Source: Deltaproteobacteria bacterium (lineage in GTDB: Bacteria; Myxococcota; Kuafuiibacteriia; Kuafuiibacteriales; Kuafuiibacteriaceae). From it: a stretch of 64,000 nucleotides of DNA. Below the pieces are notes generated by a model, which did not search any database, had not been told where the DNA came from, and was given only the letters and a program-made list of their open reading frames with translations. Positions within the stretch are counted from its first letter, which is position 1, and each line of letters opens with the position of its first letter. The translations under genes were made by a program, and so were the position numbers. Location of the stretch: positions 12,865 through 76,864 of the forward strand of contig WYAZ01000107.1 of the NCBI GenBank assembly GCA_011526105.1. Direction: 5' to 3'. Of the stretch, positions 1 through 8,513 are shown piece by piece.

Positions 1-1
1 G

Positions 2-1333
2 CTCGGTGGAAACTACCACGACCTGGCGTCGGGCCTCGTTGGGCAGGGTGCCCTCGACGCCCCGCGTCTCAACCGCGAGCTGACCGAGTGGATCAAACGA
101 ACGTTGGGCGAGCTCGCCGGCTGGACTGCGGGTGCCTGTCATTTCCTCGAGGGTCGTGTACCTGCGCCGCTTCATTCGATAGGGCTCGACCGCTTCAAGC
201 CTCTCGAAGAGGCGGTACGTGTGGGTTTCACGCCGGAGCAGCTTGGCCAACGCCTCGAGCGCGTCATGGCGCGGAGTCTCATCGTCAAGAAGGGCGGCGA
301 GGCGAGCTTCGAAGACCTTCGACTCTATCCCTCCGAGCAGTCAGCGCTCTCTCGCCTCGACGATGAGAAAACGTTGGCAGAGCTGCTCACCGATCTCGAA
401 GGGAGCGCGGACGCACAAGCGGCCGCCCTTCGAGCGGTGTTTCTAGGCATCGAGAGCGACCTCGTTCAGATCGGGCCTGGCCCGGTTGCCCGAGCGCAGA
501 TTCGACGGACCCAGGAGCTCGAGAACGAGCTCGTTCTGCTTCGGCAGAAGGGGAGCTTCTTCGAGGTGTTGGGGGTGACGCCAGAGTCTTCGGACATCGA
601 CGTCAAGCAACGCTACCTCGATCTCCTGGACCACTACACGAAGGACACCGCGGCGAAGGAGCTTCCTCAGCTCACGCAGGCTCGTTCGAAGATCTCGGAG
701 CTCCTCGAGAAGGCGTTCGCGGCCCTCGCCACCAAAGAGAAGCGCGAGCGTGGGGCGACCGTCGTTGCGCGCATCAGTCCGGTGAGCCAAGGCAGCGCTC
801 CCGCGCGCATGCCGAGCATCTTTCCCGGTGCCAAGGCCCAGAGCTCCGTCGAGCTCTTCGAAGAGGCGGAAGCTGCCGCTCGCAAGGCCAACTATGCGCT
901 GTGCCTTCAGAAGATCGATGAAGCCATCGACGCTCGTCCGGATCGCCTCCAGTACCGCCTGTACAAGGAGTACTACAAGGCCCTCTCTGACAAGTACGAC
1001 CGCATCACGGCGGCGAGCAACGCGATCAAAGAGATCGCCAAGCTCGTGGGAGATAACGAGCGCGTGGCAGAAGCCCATTTGCTCATGGGCCGGCTCTACA
1101 AGTTTGCGCGCAAGAAGGCCGAGGCGGGAGAGGCGTTCGAGCGCGTCCTCGAACTCGAGCCCGACAACGTCGAAGCCCAGACCGAGGTGCGCATCAAGAC
1201 CAACCGCGCGGCGGCATCGGCCGTCAAGCAGCCTTCCCGGGCCGAGTCTGCGATCTCGTTCTTCAAGAACTTGGTGAGTCCAGAGGACGACGACCCGAAG
1301 AAGAAGAAAAAGAAGAAACCTCCGCCTACGTAG
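2..1333 (+). CDS. J-like domain / TPR protein, 5' end outside window
   Basis: The frame is open from the window edge; the listed ORF starts at an internal TTG at 104. J-domain-like FFEVLGVTPESSDIDVKQRYLDLLDHY, but no HPD tripeptide. TPR-like AHLLMGRLYKFARKKAEAGEAFERVLELEPDN. Lys-rich tail KKKKKKKPPPT. Confidence 0.7.
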   Translation, partial: LGGNYHDLASGLVGQGALDAPRLNRELTEWIKRTLGELAGWTAGACHFLEGRVPAPLHSIGLDRFKPLEEAVRVGFTPEQLGQRLERVMARSLIVKKGGEASFEDLRLYPSEQSALSRLDDEKTLAELLTDLEGSADAQAAALRAVFLGIESDLVQIGPGPVARAQIRRTQELENELVLLRQKGSFFEVLGVTPESSDIDVKQRYLDLLDHYTKDTAAKELPQLTQARSKISELLEKAFAALATKEKRERGATVVARISPVSQGSAPARMPSIFPGAKAQSSVELFEEAEAAARKANYALCLQKIDEAIDARPDRLQYRLYKEYYKALSDKYDRITAASNAIKEIAKLVGDNERVAEAHLLMGRLYKFARKKAEAGEAFERVLELEPDNVEAQTEVRIKTNRAAASAVKQPSRAESAISFFKNLVSPEDDDPKKKKKKKPPPT

Positions 1334-2384
1334 AGCGGGTTTCGTCGTAAAGCCTTCGCAGGAGTTCCATGCTCGACCGCAACTCGCCTCTCGCGATCGC
1401 ATGGATTGTCTCGACGACACGCTCATTCATGGGGGTTGGGATAGCGAGCCGCTGGCCCCGCGTGACAACCTCTCCGTTCAAGAAGTCCACCGCTGGCGTT
1501 CGTCCTCGTTCGATCGCTGAGAGCATGGATGATCGAAGTCGCCGATAGCGAGCGCCCACTGCGAGCAGCAGCGTGTGTTTGCTCAGCAACGAAGGCGAGC
1601 CGGCCGACTTTCGATCGGCCTCGCTGAGGGCGATCCAATCCAAATCGAGCGTGCCCGAGACCTTCTCGAGCCGAACATTCTCTGCGCGCGCGATCTCCAC
1701 CACCTCGGTCATGATCTCGAGGGTGAGTCTGCGAACGAAGCGGTGAACGATCAGCGCCCCGAGTCGATCGCCGCCGATGGTGCCGAGCGAGGAGATGGCA
1801 CAGTTGATGGCGAGCTTGCTCCATCGCGCGCCGCGAAGATTCTCGGTGAGGTCGACCGGACCGAGGCTCTCGAGCATCAACGCGAGGTGGCGGAGCTTTT
1901 CATCCGGCGAACCTTCGAGTCGGCCGAGCGTGAAACCTCCGGCGGACGTACGCTCGTAGATGCCTGGACCCACCATGGACGCGCCCCAGGCGATCACCGC
2001 ACCGATGACTCGTTTCGCGCCGATGATGCGTGCGACGCGCTCCTCGCACAGCCCGTTCTGGAAGACGACCATTCGACCGTCCTCCGCCAGGCTCGCTCTT
2101 GCACTCTCCGCCGCTTCTTCGACCTGCGGCGGCTGCGTGGAGAGCAGGACGTAGTCGAATCGCTCGCCCGGCGGCGGCGCCGCGACCACGGGTCCGCGCA
2201 CAACGCGTGTCTCACCCTCTCCGGAAAGGAGAAAACCCGAGCGGTCAACGGCCTCCCGGATTCGGTCGTTCGTCGAGACCGCAGTGACGGAGAGTCCTTG
2301 CTCGAGCAGGTAGCCGGCGACGGTTCCCCCGATGCCACCGAGGCCCATCACGAGTATCGCGGGCGAGGCTGCTTCGGCTTCCAT
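1326..2384 (-). CDS. panE: 2-dehydropantoate 2-reductase (PanE/ApbA family)
   Basis: 352 aa. N-terminal Rossmann ILVMGLGGIGG. ApbA-type core and C-terminal domain (RWSKLAINCAISSLG..., PTPMNERV). Converges on the upstream gene with an 8-nt overlap. Confidence 0.8.
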   Translation of the reverse strand: MEAEAASPAILVMGLGGIGGTVAGYLLEQGLSVTAVSTNDRIREAVDRSGFLLSGEGETRVVRGPVVAAPPPGERFDYVLLSTQPPQVEEAAESARASLAEDGRMVVFQNGLCEERVARIIGAKRVIGAVIAWGASMVGPGIYERTSAGGFTLGRLEGSPDEKLRHLALMLESLGPVDLTENLRGARWSKLAINCAISSLGTIGGDRLGALIVHRFVRRLTLEIMTEVVEIARAENVRLEKVSGTLDLDWIALSEADRKSAGSPSLLSKHTLLLAVGARYRRLRSSMLSAIERGRTPAVDFLNGEVVTRGQRLAIPTPMNERVVETIHAIARGELRSSMELLRRLYDETRST

Positions 2385-2442
2385 GACCCGGCGAGCCTAC
2401 AAAGGAGCGTTCGTAGCGGCAACCGCGGCGCGCTGTGCTACG

Positions 2443-3411
2443 ATGGCCGTCGAATCGATCGACCGTAGAGCCGTGCTCCGGGTGATGTCCTATAACGTGC
2501 GCTACTTCGCGCACTCGCTTCGCGGTGCGGGCTCTACCCGTGGCTGCCTGCGCACCATCGCGTCGACGATCGCCCAGCTCGATCCGCCCCCGCATCTGGT
2601 CGGGCTGCAAGAGGTCGAGACCCGCTCTCTGCGCTCTCACTTCAGCCTCCCGCGTGACCGGCCAGAGCTGACGCAGTTTGACGTTCTGCTCGAGGAGCTC
2701 GAGGGCGCGCTCGAGGCGGCCGGGCGGCCGATGCGTTACAGCGGGCTCTACTTCCCCGCGCACGTGTACCAAGTGCCGGGCGCACGACCCATCTACACCA
2801 CCGGCCTCGGGATGCTCATCTCGCGTGACCTCGAGGTGGTGCTTCACAACGAACGAAGCCCCCACGACATCACCCACCGCGGCAACACGATGCCGAGCCT
2901 CAAGCAGTCGAGGATCTGCGCGCACGTTCGAGTGCGCCCACCGGGCGGTCCGAGCATCGACGTCTTCAACACGCATCTCTCTCTTCCATCTTGGAAGGAC
3001 ACACCAGGCTTCTTCACGCGCGGGCAGCCCAACATGGGCTACGGACCCAACCAGGCCCAGGAGGTGAGTCGCCTCGTCGACTTCGTCGATGATCGTCGAG
3101 AGAGCGAGCGCTTCGTGGTCTTTGGCGACTTCAACGCCTTGCCCGGCTCTCCCGCCTATCGCCAGGTGATCGACCAGCTTCGCGTGCGTGACCCGTTTCC
3201 CGGCATGACAGGTCTCTCGCCTTTGGAGCTGCGTGCGGAGTGGCCGACGGCCGGCTTCATGCATCTTCGCATGCGGCTCGACCACGTGTTCTTGGGTGCT
3301 GGCCTCGATGCGGTCGACTTCGAGGACAGTCACCCGTTCGGCCAGGTGGGCGGCAAGTGGCACGGACTCTCCGACCACGTTCCGCTGGTGGGTCGTCTCG
3401 GGAGCGGGTGA
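2443..3411 (+). CDS. endonuclease/exonuclease/phosphatase (EEP) family protein
   Basis: N-terminal LRVMSYNVRYF and C-terminal LSDHVPLVGRL are typical EEP motifs. The ORF is open from 2332. ATG 2443 was chosen because earlier starts would overlap the divergent panE start. Confidence 0.75.
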   Translation: MAVESIDRRAVLRVMSYNVRYFAHSLRGAGSTRGCLRTIASTIAQLDPPPHLVGLQEVETRSLRSHFSLPRDRPELTQFDVLLEELEGALEAAGRPMRYSGLYFPAHVYQVPGARPIYTTGLGMLISRDLEVVLHNERSPHDITHRGNTMPSLKQSRICAHVRVRPPGGPSIDVFNTHLSLPSWKDTPGFFTRGQPNMGYGPNQAQEVSRLVDFVDDRRESERFVVFGDFNALPGSPAYRQVIDQLRVRDPFPGMTGLSPLELRAEWPTAGFMHLRMRLDHVFLGAGLDAVDFEDSHPFGQVGGKWHGLSDHVPLVGRLGSG

Positions 3412-3488
3412 TCGCGGCTTTGGCCTCGGAATGATTCCCAGAGTTCGGTCTCTTGCGCGATCCGATCCCGGCCGTTCAGAATGGGGCC

Positions 3489-3959
3489 ATGGTCGAGCGC
3501 GGTGAAGACGGCAACGTCGTGGACGCGGTCCCTCGGATACTCGCCAGGCTTCAGGAAGGCCAGGCGGAGACCAATCGAAGGATCGAAGAGACCAACCAAC
3601 GACTCGATGAGACCAACCGCCAGCTCGGCGAGACGAACGAGAGCCTGAGGTTTCTCGTTCGCCTCAGCCAGGGGACTCTGCTCCGGCTCGAACGCATGGA
3701 CGAGCGTTTTGAGCGCATGGACGAGCGTTTTGAGCGCATGGACGAGCGCTTTGAGCGCATGGACGAACGCTTTGAGCGCATGGACGAACGCTTTGAGCGC
3801 ATGGACGAACGTTTCGAGTCCGTGGAGAACCGAATCGAAAACGTGGAGAAGGACGTGCGCGCCATTCGGCAGGAGATTCCCAACCGAATGAACGAACGTC
3901 TCGAGCGCGTGGAGGCACGGCTCGACGCGGTCGAAGGTCGCCTGCCCGAGGCGAGCTGA
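3489..3959 (+). CDS. all-coiled-coil protein with (ERMDERF)x6 tandem heptads
   Basis: High GC3 ORF with heptad-periodic sequence throughout (ETNQRLDETNRQLGETNESL ... RLERVEARLDAVEGRL). No signal peptide. Alternative TTG start at 3453. Confidence 0.7.
   Translation: MVERGEDGNVVDAVPRILARLQEGQAETNRRIEETNQRLDETNRQLGETNESLRFLVRLSQGTLLRLERMDERFERMDERFERMDERFERMDERFERMDERFERMDERFESVENRIENVEKDVRAIRQEIPNRMNERLERVEARLDAVEGRLPEAS
3690..3815 (+). repeat. 6 x 21-bp in-frame tandem repeat
   Basis: GA(A/G)CGCATGGACGA(G/A)CG(T/C)TT(T/C) repeated head to tail six times. Units differ only at synonymous positions. Confidence 0.95.
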
Positions 3960-3962
3960 ACT

Positions 3963-5462
3963 CTAGACGAACGCGGTGACGTTCGGGAGGTCTGCCCCGC
4001 TGGTGTCGACCCCCAGCGCGTGCAGAATCCCGGAGAAGATGTAGCGCTCCGCCATCTCCTCTTCCGGAACGGGTTCGCCGGTGGTCGGATTCCAGCCGTA
4101 GGTGAGACCGGTGTTGTAGTTCACTCCGCCCAAAACGCGGTTGCCGCGCACCATCGGTGAGATGATCGCGAAGCCGTTGTTCAGGTGGTGGCCGGTGCCG
4201 AACTCGTTGGCGTTGTTGCCGCGTGTCTTGTCGCGACCAAACTCGGTCGCGATGTAGATCATCGAGCGGTCCCAGAAGCTCTCGCCGGTCGAAGCATCGA
4301 ACTCCTGCGCCTTGAGGAGGTCGATGAGTCCGTCCGCTGCCGCGAGCAAACGGCTCCACATGATGGCCTGAGAAGCGCGGTGCGCGTTGTGTGAGTAATC
4401 GAAGGCCAGCGGGGGATTGTAGATCTCCCCCTGCAGACCGTTCGAGAGCAACACATCGAAGGAGGGGCCGATCGTGACCGTGGTCGTGACGCGATTCTTG
4501 AGGAGCAAGAACGCGAGCGCGGCTTGGGCCTGGAACGGATCCGAGGCGTAGCGCGGGAACTTCTCGCGAACCGCGGCCGCATCGGGAGACGGGGTGAGCC
4601 CATACTCGGAGAGCGGGATGCTCTGGCTGTCCTCGAGGAAGATGAGCTTCTTGATGAGCTCGCCTGCCTCCAAAGACGACTGGTTGACCGTGCGCTGCTT
4701 CTCCCAGATGGCCAGGTTCTTGGAGCCCTTGAAGGTCCGATAGAACGCGGTGTTGGGATCGAGCCTCTGATTCCTCAGCTCGCGGGCGGCGACGATCAGC
4801 TCCTTGGAAGGCAGGTCGTTGATGCCCAGGGCTCCATCGAGACCGAGCGGCCAGACGCTGGCGCCGGCCACCGGCTCATGGACCGCGAAGTCGGGCAGGT
4901 CGCGGTCGTAACCACGCTCGGAGTAACCTTGCCCGGCCATGTTGACGTTGGGCACCGGAAACGTGGCGCCGTACTCGGCCGCGACACATTCCTGAAGCGT
5001 GCGCCCCTTCCAGATCTCGTTGCCGGTCAGAGAGCGCCTCTGCGCCACGTTGTGATTGACGCTCGTGCCGGTGCAGGTCGCGACGAGGATGTCGTTCACG
5101 TTCTTGCGCAGGAAGTTCGACTGATTCGCGCTCCACGCGATGGGGATGGCGCCGGCCTCGCTGCCGCTCTGGTCGACCGCTCGAAGGGGTGAGCCCTCTG
5201 GGCTGAAGATCGCGTCATCCGGCAGCGTGTGGATCGTGCCCGGGTTGGCCGAGAGGGACCTCGGGATGGCGAGGAAGCTGTCGATGATCGACGCGCCCCC
5301 TCCAGCCGCGATCACGATCAAGAACCTCGGCTTCTTCTCTTGGTTCTGAGCCAAGCCGCGCCTGGACGCGAGCATGGAACCGAGACCGAGGCTGCCGCCG
5401 GCGGCGGCGACACCCACGCTCTTCATGAGCTGTCTGCGATTGAGTCTTCCGAGCTTATTCAT
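3963..5462 (-). CDS. DUF1501 family protein with twin-arginine signal
   Basis: The ORF is open to 5897, but the family-typical start is MNKLGRLNRRQLMKSVGVAAAGG (Tat-like RR plus hydrophobic stretch). DUF1501-like PRFLIVIAAGGGAS... and C-terminal GTGHHLNNGFAIISPMVRGNRVLGG...ILHALGVD. Confidence 0.8.
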   Translation of the reverse strand: MNKLGRLNRRQLMKSVGVAAAGGSLGLGSMLASRRGLAQNQEKKPRFLIVIAAGGGASIIDSFLAIPRSLSANPGTIHTLPDDAIFSPEGSPLRAVDQSGSEAGAIPIAWSANQSNFLRKNVNDILVATCTGTSVNHNVAQRRSLTGNEIWKGRTLQECVAAEYGATFPVPNVNMAGQGYSERGYDRDLPDFAVHEPVAGASVWPLGLDGALGINDLPSKELIVAARELRNQRLDPNTAFYRTFKGSKNLAIWEKQRTVNQSSLEAGELIKKLIFLEDSQSIPLSEYGLTPSPDAAAVREKFPRYASDPFQAQAALAFLLLKNRVTTTVTIGPSFDVLLSNGLQGEIYNPPLAFDYSHNAHRASQAIMWSRLLAAADGLIDLLKAQEFDASTGESFWDRSMIYIATEFGRDKTRGNNANEFGTGHHLNNGFAIISPMVRGNRVLGGVNYNTGLTYGWNPTTGEPVPEEEMAERYIFSGILHALGVDTSGADLPNVTAFV

Positions 5463-5476
5463 CACGTGCTCGCTTC

Positions 5477-6196
5477 CTAGTAGAAAAGAGACTCGACGCT
5501 GGTCGAGACCATAAAACAGGCGAGGATGGCCCACGAGCGCGCGGCCTTGGTGTCGCCGGACGCCGTGACCGTCTCGTAGAAGCCGCGGAGCTCCGCGATC
5601 TCCTCGGGGTTGGCTCTGCGCAGCGCGAACCTCTTGTAGAGCGCGTCGATGGCGTCGTCCACCGAAGCAGCGTTGACGTCCGCCAAGCCTCCGCTCGCGT
5701 CCATCGCCAGGTTCTTGAAGATGAGCGCGCTCTCGGGGGTGTCGAGATCCAAGTCCACGCGATTGCGACAGCCGGTGAGGGCAATGCGCTCCATCGCGAT
5801 GGGTGTCGTCTTGGTGGTCTCTTCCAGCGGTTCGAAGATGCCTAGGTTGTAGGCATCCACGCCGCCGAGCGAAATGTTGTGCACGGTCACGAAGCAATCA
5901 AAGCGATCGAGCTCCTTGCAGACCTCGTCCGCAGAAAAGCCGAGCGCAGCCGCGAAGTCCGCCCGCAGCCTGCGCTGCCGCTTGAACTGGACTCGAGCCT
6001 TCTCCGACTCGGGGATTTGGTTCTCCACCACGCCGCCATCTGGGAGCACGATCGAGCCGTCGGGCCCGAGGAGGCTGCCGTCGAGGCCGGTGCCCCCGTC
6101 TGCGCCTGGCACCGGGCCCACGGGTTCGGCGAGGCACCCCATGCCGAGCGCCGCCGTCAGGAGCGCAGCGTGGAGATAGAGCTGATCACGGAACAC
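5477..6196 (-). CDS. lipoprotein with DUF1595-like C-terminal motif
   Basis: GTG start at 6196, 7 nt after GGAGG. Lipobox LTAALGMGC. C-terminus LYKRFALRRANPEEIAELRGFYE...STSVESLFY resembles the RRP...FLY motif of DUF1595-type regions. The start overlaps the stop of the upstream gene by 11 nt. Confidence 0.6.
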   Translation of the reverse strand: MFRDQLYLHAALLTAALGMGCLAEPVGPVPGADGGTGLDGSLLGPDGSIVLPDGGVVENQIPESEKARVQFKRQRRLRADFAAALGFSADEVCKELDRFDCFVTVHNISLGGVDAYNLGIFEPLEETTKTTPIAMERIALTGCRNRVDLDLDTPESALIFKNLAMDASGGLADVNAASVDDAIDALYKRFALRRANPEEIAELRGFYETVTASGDTKAARSWAILACFMVSTSVESLFY

Positions 6197-7595
6197 CGTA
6201 GGCCTCCGATCGGACGAGGTCGTGAAGCATGCGCTCGACCCCGTGGCTGTTTTCGTTCTTGAATCGGCGCCACAGAGCGGTGAACTCCGTGAGCTCTTCG
6301 GGTCGGGGTGCCTCCCCCATGACGAGCTTCCAGTAGTCCATGAGCGTGGCTTTGGCGAACTCGTCGCTGTTCGCCGCGACCTGTGCCCACTCGACGAGAT
6401 CTCGAACCGGCTGCCCCAGCACGACCCCGGCCTCGGGGACGTTCCGCTGTCGGTTCGCGTCATAGGACCCAAACGGGAAGTTCGTGAGGCCGTGGTACTT
6501 GGCGAAGGGGTAGGTCAAAGGATCGAGGGTCGAGTGGCACTGCGAGCAGAAGGGCGCCTGAACGCCCTTGCCGTCGTAGTCCACCGGCTCGTCGTCGACC
6601 GGCCGGAGCCCCTCGAGCTTCGCGATGTCCATGCCGAGGAACGCGCGGTAGGCCTGAGCGGCCGCGGTGCGCGGAAGGTCCGTGAACATCACGTTGAGTA
6701 CGAGGTACCACTTGGTGGTGATGAGACCGGCCCGGCGGTTCTGAAGCACCGATTGAGAGAAGCCGATGTTGGTCTGCTTCACGTAGCGGGTGGGCTCGCC
6801 GCTCGTGCCGCCCTGACGGACGACGAAGTAGTCGCCGGTCAGCGCGTGGCGCGCGTCGTTGTTGTCGATCTGCGTGTACACGAAGAGGGCGTAGTCGTCG
6901 TAGTAGTTCGCCAGCGGGATCTCGCCAGCCGGATCGCCGGGGTAGCTCCCCGAGCGGATGGCCTTGAGCGGTTTGATCTTCCGGTGAGCGAGTGACCAGA
7001 GCACGCCTTCTTTGCCCCGCCAGTTCTCCGACTTCAGGCACTCGTCGAGGCGTGCGTGCAGCGCGGTCTCCTGCTCCGTCTCACCGAGCGCGCGGAACAG
7101 CTCGAGATCCTCGAACGTGGGGGACCGACCGCAGAAGTCCAGGTTCACCTTTCGGAACGCGTAGGCTCGGTCGTAGAAGCAGACGTCGTAGTCCGGATTG
7201 CGACGGAACGGCGGACATCCGCTGGTGCTCGGAAAGCTCAGGCCATCGTGTGGTTTGGTGCCCGCCGCGATCTCGTCGCCGCTGTTGAAGCCATCGCCGT
7301 CGGCGTCGATCCGCTCCGCGGCTCGAAGCGCGGCGGGGAGGTTGCTCCGGTATTGGGTCGTCGAGAGCGGACGCGTCGTGCCGGGGAGCAGCGAGGCCTC
7401 GATGGTTTGACCATACGGGTTTCGATCAGGCGGCGCGGTGTGGCAGAAGGTGCAGGCCGGCGCTCCGCCCTGACACACGGGCGCGGCAGGGTATTCTTCG
7501 CAGAAGATCGTTGGGCCGACCGGTTTGGCGTCGGCGATGCTCACCCAACCCAAAGTGAGCAGAGTGCTGACGGCGAACATCCATCCATGGGGCAT
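6186..7595 (-). CDS. secreted CXXCH protein, DUF1549/DUF1553-like (planctomycete-cytochrome-type)
   Basis: ATG 7595 lies 8 nt after GGGAGGG. Signal peptide MPHGWMFAVSTLLTLGWVSIADA. Heme-type CTFCH. RKVNLDFCGRSPTFEDLELF resembles DUF1549. FCSQCHSTLDPL resembles the DUF1553/DUF1588 CH..DP motif. Confidence 0.65.
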   Translation of the reverse strand: MPHGWMFAVSTLLTLGWVSIADAKPVGPTIFCEEYPAAPVCQGGAPACTFCHTAPPDRNPYGQTIEASLLPGTTRPLSTTQYRSNLPAALRAAERIDADGDGFNSGDEIAAGTKPHDGLSFPSTSGCPPFRRNPDYDVCFYDRAYAFRKVNLDFCGRSPTFEDLELFRALGETEQETALHARLDECLKSENWRGKEGVLWSLAHRKIKPLKAIRSGSYPGDPAGEIPLANYYDDYALFVYTQIDNNDARHALTGDYFVVRQGGTSGEPTRYVKQTNIGFSQSVLQNRRAGLITTKWYLVLNVMFTDLPRTAAAQAYRAFLGMDIAKLEGLRPVDDEPVDYDGKGVQAPFCSQCHSTLDPLTYPFAKYHGLTNFPFGSYDANRQRNVPEAGVVLGQPVRDLVEWAQVAANSDEFAKATLMDYWKLVMGEAPRPEELTEFTALWRRFKNENSHGVERMLHDLVRSEAYGVP

Positions 7596-7825
7596 CAGTG
7601 GAGCCCTCCCTTTTCTCTGGTGCGCACGAGCCGGGTCCGAGCCTCCTCCAGGTTGAGACGATATTTCATCGGTCATCCGGGGTGCCGGGCCTCAAACACC
7701 ATGAGACCCGGGCAGTTGCGGGTAGGTCTTTGAGCGCAACTGTAGGATGGTCGGCGGGTAAGCGATCCGGAGCTGCGGGCAGCGGAGCGGGCGCATCCAG
7801 GGTCGCTCCGTCCTAGGCTCGCGCG

Positions 7826-8474
7826 GTGCGCGCGCGTCGAGCCCATCATTGTCCTCGCTGTCAGATCCCCCTCGCGTCGGTGCAGAGCACGAACGTCGAG
7901 TCCTCGATGTGCGGGCGATGCCGGGGTCTCTTTCTCGCGGCCCGCGAAGCCGTCTCGACCTTCGGGAAGGATCTCGAAGCGCTCTCCGCCGCACCCATGG
8001 TGCACGTTCCATTCGATGCCCGCATCGAATGTCCCGCCGCCTGCGCGCTCATGGACGCTCGAACGCTTCACCACGAGACACACTCCGTGACCTTCGATCA
8101 CTGCCGGGCCTGCAAGGGCCTCTGGCTGGACGGCGGTGAGGTTCAACTCATCCGCCGGCTCACCTCGGAGAAGCGAGCGAGCGTGCGGACGGGGCGCGCG
8201 CATCAGCATCGCGCCTCAGCTCCTGACGCTCTTTCGGCAGTTCCACATCCGCGCCCTGTTCTACTTTCCGTTCTGGCTGATGTTCCAGCTGTTCGCTGCC
8301 TTCATTGGTGGAGGGGGCGTGGCTTGGTGGGCGCATATCGGGGGCTTCATGGGTGGCTTTGTGCTCGCCGGTCTCGCGCTCTGGCTCGTGCCAGATGCCC
8401 GCGTCACCGCTCTGGCCGCGGAGTACGCCTCGGGCCGGCGTCAGGGTCCGGCCGAAGTGAAACCTCGAGGCTGA
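7826..8474 (+). pseudogene. zf-TFIIB + rhomboid protease remnant (frameshifted, core deleted)
   Basis: Frame A (7826-): two zinc-ribbon units, CPRC...CGRCRGLF and FDHCRACKGLWLDGGEV, then Arg-rich nonsense. Frame B (8136-8474): only the last rhomboid TM segments, FWLMFQLFAAFIGGGGVAWWAHIGGFMGGFVLAGL. No GxSG catalytic-serine region is found in any frame. Confidence 0.5.
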
Positions 8475-8513
8475 GCCCATGCGCGCCGCGCGCCCTTCTG
8501 CTAGATCTTCCCC

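Noticed and set aside
443-1426. 327-aa ORF antisense to the J-like/TPR gene. Similar long antisense ORFs occur at 2245-3378, 8160-9920, 27313-29247, 30030-31388, 31721-33607 and 44775-46079.
   Set aside because: These are mirror-frame ORFs typical of high-G+C DNA. They are Arg/Gly/His/Pro-rich with no family motifs. Each lies opposite a gene with clear family signatures and shares its wobble positions.
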